This document shows, piece after piece, positions 17,656 through 25,313 of a stretch of DNA of 32,000 bases. Below the pieces are notes generated by a model, which did no database searches, had not been told where the DNA came from, and saw nothing but the letters and a program-made list of their open reading frames with translations. Numbering within the stretch: position 1 is the first letter of the stretch; each line of letters begins with the position of its first letter. The stretch is from Delftia acidovorans NBRC 14950 (GTDB lineage Bacteria > Pseudomonadota > Gammaproteobacteria > Burkholderiales > Burkholderiaceae_C). Both the position numbers and the translations under genes were made by a program. The DNA lies in assembly GCF_001598795.1 (NCBI RefSeq), contig NZ_BCZP01000014.1, positions 60,001 to 92,000 of the forward strand. Direction: 5' to 3'.

Positions 17656-18138
17656 ATGTTTTTCTGGAAAATAAAAGATCTCAAGAATGCTTTAATTCAT
17701 CGCGAGCTAACAGAAAAACAGGTATTTATTTATATTCTGATTTTCGTGCTGCTGAGCATTGTTGCGATGGAGATTACTCGCTATCTTCATCCTGATCGAG
17801 TGGGATTTTGGGACTATGTAGACTCTTTTTTGAGTATTTCTATTGTCCTTTGTGGAACTGTTTTTTCTTACCGTGCCAATGGAGGGTCGTCTGGCGTGGA
17901 TTTTTCTGCAAGATTCTTTAGTATCAGCCTTGTGGTAACTCTTAGGCACATGTTTTTTCTGATTCCCATTGCATTGATTTTCTATGCGTATACTACTTAT
18001 TCATACATTAAAGGAATGGGGATAAATCCAGGGCAGGTGGTGATGACAGGAGGGGTTGAGGTTGTTTTGCTTGGAATCTGGTGTATTAATATATACCGGT
18101 CCATTGTCAAAAATATCAGCGACGTGTCTAGAGCTTGA
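17656..18138 (+). CDS. Small integral membrane protein, about 4 TM segments (160 aa).
   Basis: GGAGGG lies upstream of the ATG. Hydrophobic stretches: VFIYILIFVLLSIVAMEI, FLSISIVLCGTVFSY, FFSISLVVTLRHMFFLIPIALIFYAY, VEVVLLGIWCINIY. Composition is AT-rich like the neighbouring orphan ORFs. Confidence 0.65.
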   Translation: MFFWKIKDLKNALIHRELTEKQVFIYILIFVLLSIVAMEITRYLHPDRVGFWDYVDSFLSISIVLCGTVFSYRANGGSSGVDFSARFFSISLVVTLRHMFFLIPIALIFYAYTTYSYIKGMGINPGQVVMTGGVEVVLLGIWCINIYRSIVKNISDVSRA

Positions 18139-18166
18139 AGTGATCTGAAAATGGGAGTATTGATCG

Positions 18167-18472
18167 ATGTTTGATTTAGATATTCTTGTGCCTATCGCTT
18201 TGGGTGTTTTGTATTATTCGTGGTTCCATGGGTTTCATGTAGCTTCGGAATATATGGATATCGTCCACAATTCTTCGGGCTGGAAATGCGTGTTGGTCGG
18301 TGTGATGGCTGGATTATTGCCGGGAGCCATTGTGCTTTGTATTTTTCTCTTGATTAGTTCAAAAGGAGATTCTGGCTTCCTGGCATTTGTAGTGCTCTCA
18401 TGTATCTGGTTTTATTTGAGAGCGGCAATGCTCACGGCCACCAAGAAAAGTAGTGCTTCACCAAACGAGTGA
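18167..18472 (+). CDS. Small integral membrane protein, about 3 TM segments (101 aa).
   Basis: GGGAG lies 9 nt upstream of the ATG. Hydrophobic stretches: ILVPIALGVLYYSWF, CVLVGVMAGLLPGAIVLCIFLLI, FLAFVVLSCIWFYL. It is the last AT-rich ORF before composition returns to high GC. Confidence 0.6.
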   Translation: MFDLDILVPIALGVLYYSWFHGFHVASEYMDIVHNSSGWKCVLVGVMAGLLPGAIVLCIFLLISSKGDSGFLAFVVLSCIWFYLRAAMLTATKKSSASPNE

Positions 18473-18524
18473 CTTGCGTAATGTTGGTGTGGGAGTTCGG
18501 GGAGACTGCATAACGAGCTTCGTT

Positions 18525-18632
18525 TGCTGCGGGCCTGTGTATCTGAGGTTTCAGCCTGAAGCAGGCAGGCGCTACCGCGTGCAGTTCGAGCAGGAGGATC
18601 GGGTCTGCGATGCCCGCTTGCTGGCCGTGACC
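18525..18632 (+). pseudogene. Possible 3' remnant of a lipoprotein paralog.
   Basis: CCGPVYLRFQPEAGRRYRVQFEQEDRVCDARLLAVT aligns by eye with SCGPVTKRFTPTADGVYRVDFVWAGVRKCGLRIVDIS of the 16278..16808 protein. The shared pattern is CGPV..RF.P.A...YRV.F......C..R, about 14 of 36 residues with one gap. No credible N-terminus or start exists upstream. Confidence 0.3.
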
Positions 18633-18990
18633 GCTGCCGGTAGTACCTCCGAGGCGGCCGTGCGCTGGTGTCTCTTACAGCCGGTGGCTGTGTACCGATG
18701 GCTTCATGAGCATCGGAATGAACGAGGTCATCCGCTACCGCTAGTTTGCGCGTTGGTCTCAAGGGCGTTGTCATGCCCTGGCCTAGGTGGGTCGAAAACA
18801 GTGCACACACTTGGTATGAAGTTTGCATGGATACCCGGTCGCTCAGGCGCCGGACGGACGTCCTGCACCGCGTGGCTGCATCTGCGCGAAGTGGTGGTGG
18901 AACGGATGTAAGCTCGCGGCAAGCCTGCGGGCGGGTGCTGCCCCAGGTGAACAAGATCAACGCATTCCACGCACCACAAGGAGACATTTC

Positions 18991-20982
18991 ATGAAGCAAC
19001 CCCCTTCCAGGCAACGCCTGCCCGCATGGCAGTGGATCGGCCTTGCGGCCGCCACGCCGCTGTTCCTCGCATCGTGCGGCGGTGGTGGTGGCAATGGCGG
19101 ATCGGGCCAGGACGACCTGGCGGCCTGCGCCATCACCTCGGGCGATGGCAGCGTGGTCGTGGGCTCGGGCCTGCCCGGTGATCCGGCCGCACCCGAACCC
19201 TCGTCGGGCTACCGCCTCGGCAAGAAGGCCCTGCACACCTCCAAGTACATGGTGGTCACGGCCAACCCGCTGGCGTCCAAGGCCGGTTGCGAGGTGCTCA
19301 AGTCCGGTGGCTCGGCCGTGGATGCGGCCGTGGCCGTGCAGATGGTGCTGGGCCTGGTGGAGCCGCAGTCCAGCGGCATTGGCGGTGGCGCCTTCATGCT
19401 CTACCGCGATGCGGCCACGGGCAAGGTCGTGGCCTATGACGGCCGCGAGACCGCGCCGGCTGCCGCCACGGAAAACTACCTGCGCTACGTGGACGATGCC
19501 ACCGACCAGACCGCGCCCAAGCCTTCGGCGCGCTCCAGCGGCCGCTCCATCGGCACGCCGGGCGTGGTGCGCATGCTGGAACTCGCGCACAAGGACTACG
19601 GCAAGACCGCGTGGCCCCAGCTGTTCAATTCGGGCATCGACCTGGCCAGCAAGGGCTTTCCCATCAGCGGCCGCATGGCCGCCGCGCTGGAGGGCTCCAA
19701 GACGGAGCTGGCGCGCGATGCCGATGCCGCCAAGCTGTACTTCGATGCCCAGGGCAAGCCGCTGGCGCTGGGCGCCAAGTTCGTCAACCAGCCCTATGCC
19801 GACACGCTGCGCAGCATCGCCACGGGCGGTGCCGATGCCTTCTACCGTGGCGACCTGGCCCAGGCCATCGTCAGCAAGGTGGGCGTGACGCAGACCGTCT
19901 CGGACGGTGCGCCCATCACCCCCGGCAAGACCACGCTGCAGGATCTGGCCAGCTACGAGGCCAAGCGCCGCGAGGCCGTCTGCACCACCTACCGCGCGCG
20001 CTACATGGTCTGCAGCATGCCGCCGCCGTCGTCGGGCGGCATCGCCGTGGCACAGGCCATGGGCATTCTGGAGAACTTCGACCTCAAGGCCTATGCGCCC
20101 ACGGCCATCGATGGCGAGGGCGGCAAGCCTTCGGTGATGGGCGTGCACCTGGTCAGCGAAGCCCTGCGCCTGGCCTATGCCGACCGTGACAAGTACGTGG
20201 CCGACACCGACTTCGTGCCCCTGCCCGGCGGCTCGCCGGCCCTGATGCTGGACAAGAGCTACCTGCGCCAGCGCGCCGCCCTCATCTCCACCACCAAGAG
20301 CATGGGCACGGCCCAGGCAGGCAACTTCGGCACGCCTTCGCAGGGCGTGGTCGATGTCAAGGAGGCCGGCACCACGCACATGAGCATCGTCGATGCCAAG
20401 GGCAACGCACTGAGCATGACGACCACGGTGGAGTCCAGCATGGGCTCCTTCCACGTCACGCGCGGCTTCGTGCTCAACAACCAGCTGACCGACTTCGCTG
20501 CCATCCCCAGCACCACCGACGGCCCGGTCGCCAACCGCGTTCAGCCCGGCAAGCGCCCGCGCAGCTCCATGGCGCCCACGCTGGTGTTCGACCTGAAGAC
20601 CGACGGCACCGCCGGCGACTTCAAGATGGCCACGGGCTCGCCGGGCGGCAGCACCATCATCCAGTACGTGACCAAGACCCTGGTCGGCGCGCTGGACTGG
20701 GGTCTGGATGCGCAGCAGGCCACGTCGATGGTGGACTTCGGCGCGGCCAACAGCCCGACCACCAACGTGGGCGGCGAGCACCCCAACATCAACACGGCCA
20801 ATGGCGGCAACGACGATCCGCTGGTCAGCGGCCTGCGTGCCCTGGGCCATGTGGTGTCCATCAGTGCGCAGTCCAGCGGTATTGGCACCATCTTGCGGGT
20901 GCAGCGCAATGGGCAGGCGCAGCTGGAAGGTGGGGCTGATCCGCGCCGTGAAGGGCTTGTTTTGGGCGATACCGTTCGCTGA
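18991..20982 (+). CDS. ggt: Gamma-glutamyltransferase (663 aa), probable lipoprotein.
   Basis: AAGGAGA lies upstream of ATG 18991, in frame within track ORF 18823..20982. Lipobox LFLASC. Family blocks: ANPLASKAGCEVLKSGGSAVDAAVAVQMVLGLVEPQSSGIGGGAF, and the autoprocessing/catalytic site AGTTHMSIVD. Confidence 0.92.
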   Translation: MKQPPSRQRLPAWQWIGLAAATPLFLASCGGGGGNGGSGQDDLAACAITSGDGSVVVGSGLPGDPAAPEPSSGYRLGKKALHTSKYMVVTANPLASKAGCEVLKSGGSAVDAAVAVQMVLGLVEPQSSGIGGGAFMLYRDAATGKVVAYDGRETAPAAATENYLRYVDDATDQTAPKPSARSSGRSIGTPGVVRMLELAHKDYGKTAWPQLFNSGIDLASKGFPISGRMAAALEGSKTELARDADAAKLYFDAQGKPLALGAKFVNQPYADTLRSIATGGADAFYRGDLAQAIVSKVGVTQTVSDGAPITPGKTTLQDLASYEAKRREAVCTTYRARYMVCSMPPPSSGGIAVAQAMGILENFDLKAYAPTAIDGEGGKPSVMGVHLVSEALRLAYADRDKYVADTDFVPLPGGSPALMLDKSYLRQRAALISTTKSMGTAQAGNFGTPSQGVVDVKEAGTTHMSIVDAKGNALSMTTTVESSMGSFHVTRGFVLNNQLTDFAAIPSTTDGPVANRVQPGKRPRSSMAPTLVFDLKTDGTAGDFKMATGSPGGSTIIQYVTKTLVGALDWGLDAQQATSMVDFGAANSPTTNVGGEHPNINTANGGNDDPLVSGLRALGHVVSISAQSSGIGTILRVQRNGQAQLEGGADPRREGLVLGDTVR

Positions 20983-21064
20983 TTTTGGTCTGATGATTGA
21001 CTGAGGAAGGCGCTGCTGGCAGGGATGCTGGTGGCGCTTTTCTTTTATGGGGTCCATAGCCTGC

Positions 21065-21587
21065 CCCTGCCGGGTGGTTGTTTTTCGAGGCCGGGTTTCG
21101 GCCCGGCGGCCGACCCGCTTTCTTGTCGCGCGACAAGAAAGCGGGGCAAAGAAGCGCGCCCCAAACTGCCCACGACCCTTCGCTTCGCTGCGGGCGACCT
21201 GCGTTGGCAGAAGGGGGGAGGCCGGGGATAGCCAACAGCCGGCGCCATCGCTCCACTCGGCTTCAAACGGGGCCGAGCGCAGCGACGGCCCGAAAAACTC
21301 CCCCGTATGTCAGCGCCTGCGGCGTGGTGGTTGCGGGGTTGCAGTCCTGCCGAAGGACAGGACTGCTTCGTGATCTGACTCGCTGCGGTTGTCTGAGCGG
21401 CGCGCGAAGCGCAAAGCGAGTTCCGCAGCGAACCCCGCAACCGCCACGACGCAGGTTGCCCCGGAGCGAAGCGCAGGGGTCGCGGGCATTTGGGCGCGTT
21501 TCTTTGCCTACTTTCTTATCGCGCGATAAGAAAGTAGGTCGGCCGCCGGGCCGAAACCCGGCCTCGAAAAACAACCACCCGGCAGGG
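21065..21587. repeat. Composite nested-palindrome repeat element (MITE/REP-BIME-like), non-coding.
   Basis: Imperfect inverted arms of about 130-140 bp (21065-~21204 against ~21455-21587). Each arm carries a perfect palindrome: 21115-21144 CCGCTTTCTTGTCGCGCGACAAGAAAGCGG and 21507-21538 CCTACTTTCTTATCGCGCGATAAGAAAGTAGG. There is an inner 24-nt inverted pair (21317-21340 / 21431-21454) and a 9-bp stem hairpin (21341-21366). Confidence 0.85.
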
Positions 21588-21870
21588 ACAAAAAAGCATC
21601 CCTGAATGGCAGCCACTCTGAGGGCACACGCCCCATGACTGTCGCCTCAAAGACATGCCCCACCCACCCCAATGCGCGAAAAAACACCCCACCACCCCCC
21701 GCAAACCAAGCAACCACGCCACCCCCTGCTATAGAGCCATCAGTCCCGCACCCACGCTGCGCGTTTTCCCCAGACGCCCCAACGCTACGGGCTTGCCCGA
21801 ATCCATGGTTGGCATGCATCCATCTAAATTGAACAGCAGCAAGTTCGATGGTCGTGAGCCTCTGAGGAAG

Positions 21871-22833
21871 ATGGAAATGCAAAGACGAGTGTTTGGCGCA
21901 TGGATGTGCGCATCGGTCCTGATGACGGGCGCAGCATGGGCGCAGGACAGCTATCCCAGCCGCCCCATCAGCCTGGTCGTGCCCTACGGCGCGGGCGGCG
22001 TGACCGACGTGGTGGCGCGTGCGCTGGCCCAGGGCATGGGCAAGCAGCTGGGGCAGACCGTGGTGATCGAGAACAAGCCCGGCGCAGGCGCGTCCATGGG
22101 CGTGATGGAGATGCGCACGGCCAAGCCCGATGGCTACCGCCTGACGCTGGCGCCCGTGAGCATCTTCCGCCAGCCCCACATCCAGAAGGTGCAGTACGAC
22201 CCGGTGCGCGATCTCAGCTACATCGCCACGTACATGACCTATGACTTCGTGCTGGCCGTGCCCCAGGACTCGCCGTTCAAGACGGTGCAGGATCTGGTCG
22301 AGTTCGCCAAGAAGAATCCGGGCGCCGTGGATTACGGCACGCCGGGCAAGTTCACGGCCAACCACGTGGTGATGGCGCTGCTGGAGCAGGCCACGGGCGC
22401 ACGCTTCACGCATGCGCCCTTCAAGGGCGATGCCGAGGCGCTGAACTCGCTGATGGCCGGCCACATCAAGTCCGGCGTGTACGCCAACACGGTGCTGCCG
22501 TACCTGAGCTCGGGCAAGCTGCGCGCCCTGGCCTCGGCCTCCGAGGTGCGGCCCGAGGCCTTTGCCAACGTGCCCACGTTCCGCGAGGCCGGTTATGCCT
22601 TCGATGTGCCCTCACCCCTGGGCATTGCCGGGCCGCGCGGCCTGCCGCCAGAGATCGTGCGCAAGCTCGAAGCCGCCATCAAGGCCGCCATGGACGACCC
22701 GGCCTTCCGCCAGGTGGTCGGCAACTACGGCGTGCGCACGCAGTTCCGCGGCAGCCAGGAGTACACGGCGTTCGCCAAGAAGGCGTTCGAGGACGAGAAG
22801 AAGATCGTGCAGAACATAGGCCTGGAGGATTGA
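21871..22833 (+). CDS. Bug-family / tripartite tricarboxylate transporter substrate-binding protein (TctC-like).
   Basis: MEMQRRVFGAWMCASVLMTGAAWAQDSYPSRPISLVVPYGAGGVTDVVARALAQ...VIENKPGAGASMG shows the typical Bug N-terminus and a signal peptide. ATG 21877 has better GAGGA spacing and may be the start. Confidence 0.88.
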   Translation: MEMQRRVFGAWMCASVLMTGAAWAQDSYPSRPISLVVPYGAGGVTDVVARALAQGMGKQLGQTVVIENKPGAGASMGVMEMRTAKPDGYRLTLAPVSIFRQPHIQKVQYDPVRDLSYIATYMTYDFVLAVPQDSPFKTVQDLVEFAKKNPGAVDYGTPGKFTANHVVMALLEQATGARFTHAPFKGDAEALNSLMAGHIKSGVYANTVLPYLSSGKLRALASASEVRPEAFANVPTFREAGYAFDVPSPLGIAGPRGLPPEIVRKLEAAIKAAMDDPAFRQVVGNYGVRTQFRGSQEYTAFAKKAFEDEKKIVQNIGLED

Positions 22834-22838
22834 GGCCG

Positions 22839-24272
22839 CTACGCGGGCGGCAGCCCGGCCATGGCCCGCAGGTCCACCAGCCGGTCGTACTCGGCCGCCG
22901 TGACCAGCCCCAGCGCCACGGCCGCCTCGCGCGGCGCAATGCCGCGTGCCATGGCCTCGCGCGTGATGCGTGCCACGGCGTCATAGCCCAGCACCGGGTT
23001 GAGCGCGGTGGCCTGCAGCAGCGAGTGGCTGACCTGCTGCTCCAGCCGCTCGGTGTGTGCCTGCAGGCCGGCCACCAGCTTCTCGGAAAACACGCGGCTG
23101 GCGTCGCCCAGCGCGCGCATGGCGCGCAGCAGGTGGTGGATCAGCACGGGCTTGGCCACGTTGAGCTCGAAGTGCCCGGCCGAGCCCGCCAGCGTGACGG
23201 TGAGGTGGTGGCCCATGGCCTGGTAGGCGGCCTGGACCACGACCTCGGCCACGGTCGGGTTGCGCTTGCCCGGCATGATGGAGGAGCTCAGCCCATCGTC
23301 GGGAAACACCAGCTCCCCCAGGCCGCAGCGCGGGCCTGAGCCCAGCAGGCGGATGTCGTTGGCCATCTTGGCCAGCGAACCGGCCACCACGTTGAGTGCG
23401 CCCGAGACCTCGATGAGCGCATCGTGCGCGGCCATGCCTTCGAACTTGCAGGGATTGGGCGTGACCGCCAGGCCCGTGAGCGCCTGTATCTCCTCGCAGA
23501 AGACCCGGTCGAATCCGGCCGGCGCGTTGAGCCCCGTGCCGGCCGCCGTGCCGCCCTGGGCCAGGCTCCACAGCCGGGGCTGGGTGTCCCGCAGCCGGTC
23601 CATGCCGTGGCCCACCTGGTGGGCGAATGTCTCGAAGCTCTGGCCCAGCGTCATGGGCACGGCGTCCATCAGGTGCGTGCGCGCCACCTTGAGCACGCCG
23701 GCAAAGGCCAGGGCGCGTTCCTGCAGGCGCTGCTGCAGCCGCTCCAGGGCGGGCAGCAGGTGGTCGCGCAGCTCCAGCGCCGTGGCCAGGTGCATCACCG
23801 TGGGAAAGCTGTCGTTGGACGACTGCGATGCATTGGCATGGTCGTTGGGGTGGACCGGGCTGCGCGTGCCCGGGGGCTGGCCCAGCATCTGGTTGGCGCG
23901 GTTGGCGATGACCTCGTTGGCATTCATGTTGGTCTGCGTGCCCGAGCCCGTCTGCCAGATGGTCAGCGGGAAATGCGCGTCCAGCAGGCCGTCGCGCAGT
24001 TCGGTGGCCGCGGCCTCGATGGCTGCGCCGCGCTCGTCGTCCAGCACGCCCAGGCGCCGGTTGGCGCGCGCTGCCGCCAGCTTCTGCAGCCCGAAGGCGC
24101 GGTACAGGCCCTGCGGAAAACGCTCCTCGCCAATGGTGAACAGCTCCAGCGCGCGCTGGGTCTGCGCGCCCCAGAGTCGGTCGGCAGGGATGTGGACGGG
24201 GCCGAAGGCATCGTGCTCGATGCGGGTATGAGCTTGGGTCTGTGCCTGGGCCTGGGTGCGTGTCTGGTCCAT
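22839..24272 (-). CDS. fumC: Class II fumarate hydratase family enzyme (477 aa).
   Basis: Start ATG 24272-24270, internal to track ORF 22839..24659. FumC-type blocks: LWGAQTQRA, IWQTGSGTQTNMN, HPNDHANASQSSND, ARTHLMDAVPMTLGQ, and the signature SSSIMPGKRNPT. Confidence 0.85.
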   Translation of the reverse strand: MDQTRTQAQAQTQAHTRIEHDAFGPVHIPADRLWGAQTQRALELFTIGEERFPQGLYRAFGLQKLAAARANRRLGVLDDERGAAIEAAATELRDGLLDAHFPLTIWQTGSGTQTNMNANEVIANRANQMLGQPPGTRSPVHPNDHANASQSSNDSFPTVMHLATALELRDHLLPALERLQQRLQERALAFAGVLKVARTHLMDAVPMTLGQSFETFAHQVGHGMDRLRDTQPRLWSLAQGGTAAGTGLNAPAGFDRVFCEEIQALTGLAVTPNPCKFEGMAAHDALIEVSGALNVVAGSLAKMANDIRLLGSGPRCGLGELVFPDDGLSSSIMPGKRNPTVAEVVVQAAYQAMGHHLTVTLAGSAGHFELNVAKPVLIHHLLRAMRALGDASRVFSEKLVAGLQAHTERLEQQVSHSLLQATALNPVLGYDAVARITREAMARGIAPREAAVALGLVTAAEYDRLVDLRAMAGLPPA

Positions 24273-24276
24273 GGGC

Positions 24277-25269
24277 TCAGTCCAGCGAGATCTTCGCGTC
24301 GGCCGCCACCTTGCGCCAGCGCTCCACCTCGGCGGCTGTGTGGCGGGCCAGGGCTTCGGGGGCGTATTGATCTGCGGGCAGCAGGCGTATGCCCTGGGCG
24401 GCCATCCTGTCGGTCCAGGCCTTGTCGGCCAGGGCCTTGGTATAGGCCTGGTAGACCTTTTGCACCACGTCGCGCGGCGTGCCCTTGGGCGCGTAGATGC
24501 CGTACCAGGTGGCGGTCTCGAAGCCGGGCAGCAGCTTCTGGCCCAGCGCTGCCGCGCCCGGGAACTGGGGCATGGGCTTGTCCGAGGTGAGGGCGATGGC
24601 GCGGATGCGCTCGCCGGCCAGCTGGGGCAGGGCGGTGTTGGTCTGGTCGAACATGGCATCGACCTGGCCCGAGATCACATCGGTCATGGCCGGTGCCGCG
24701 CCCTTGTAGGCCACCTGGGTGATCTCCATCTGCGCGCGGCTGGCGAACAGCGCCGCCACCAGGTGCGAGGTCGATCCCACGCCCGCGTTGCCGAAGTTCA
24801 GCCGGCCCGGGTTCTGCTTGCCGAAGGCCACCAGCTCCTCGGCCGTTTTGTAGGGGGAGTTCTTGCCCACCAGCAGCACCAGCGGCGTGTCGGGGAAGCG
24901 GAACACTGCCTCGAAGTCCTTGACCGGGTCATAGGCCAGCTTCTTGTACAGCGACGGCGCCGCGCCCATGTAGCCCATGTGGCCGACCAGGAAGCTGTAG
25001 CCGTCGGGCGCCGAGCGCGCCGCCTTGGCCGCGCCGATGGTGCCGCCCGCGCCCGGAACGTTCTCGATGATGATCTGCTGGCCCAGCTGGGTGCTGGTGC
25101 GCTGGGCGATGTCGCGCGCCATGGCGTCCGTGGGGCCGCCGGCCGCGAAGGGCACGATCCAGGTCAGCGGCTTGGCGGGGTAGCCGCCCTGGGCGTGCGC
25201 GGCCAGGGCGAAGGTGGTGGCGGCCAGGGCAAGGGCCAGGCGTGGCAGGCGGGGAAGATGGAAAGGCAT
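24277..25269 (-). CDS. Bug-family / TctC-like periplasmic substrate-binding protein (330 aa).
   Basis: Start ATG 25269-25267, internal to track ORF 24277..26400. MPFHLPRLPRLALALAATTFALAAHAQGGYPAKPLTWIVPFAAGGPTDAMARD...IIENVPGAGGTIG. The stop lies 4 nt upstream of the fumC-like start. Confidence 0.88.
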   Translation of the reverse strand: MPFHLPRLPRLALALAATTFALAAHAQGGYPAKPLTWIVPFAAGGPTDAMARDIAQRTSTQLGQQIIIENVPGAGGTIGAAKAARSAPDGYSFLVGHMGYMGAAPSLYKKLAYDPVKDFEAVFRFPDTPLVLLVGKNSPYKTAEELVAFGKQNPGRLNFGNAGVGSTSHLVAALFASRAQMEITQVAYKGAAPAMTDVISGQVDAMFDQTNTALPQLAGERIRAIALTSDKPMPQFPGAAALGQKLLPGFETATWYGIYAPKGTPRDVVQKVYQAYTKALADKAWTDRMAAQGIRLLPADQYAPEALARHTAAEVERWRKVAADAKISLD

Positions 25270-25313
25270 GGTGTTGTCTCCTGTAGTGCTGTGTTCTGTC
25301 CTGGGCCGGGGTG

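Noticed and set aside
20983-21050. A possible intrinsic terminator after ggt (GGCGCTGCTGGCAGGGATGCTGGTGGCGCTTTTCTTTT).
   Set aside because: A T-run is present, but the arms pair poorly when checked base by base (only GCGC and a few inner pairs). This is not enough to call.
18412-21057. An 881-aa minus-strand ORF.
   Set aside because: It is antisense to the well-supported ggt gene. It is low-complexity and Ala/Gly/Arg-rich with no family motifs.
21025-21722. Several 68-175-aa ORFs on both strands inside the palindromic element.
   Set aside because: Both strands give near-identical peptides (FLSRDKK.G..., GRPPGRNPASKNNHPAG) because the DNA is an inverted repeat. They have no start context, so this is repeat translation rather than genes.
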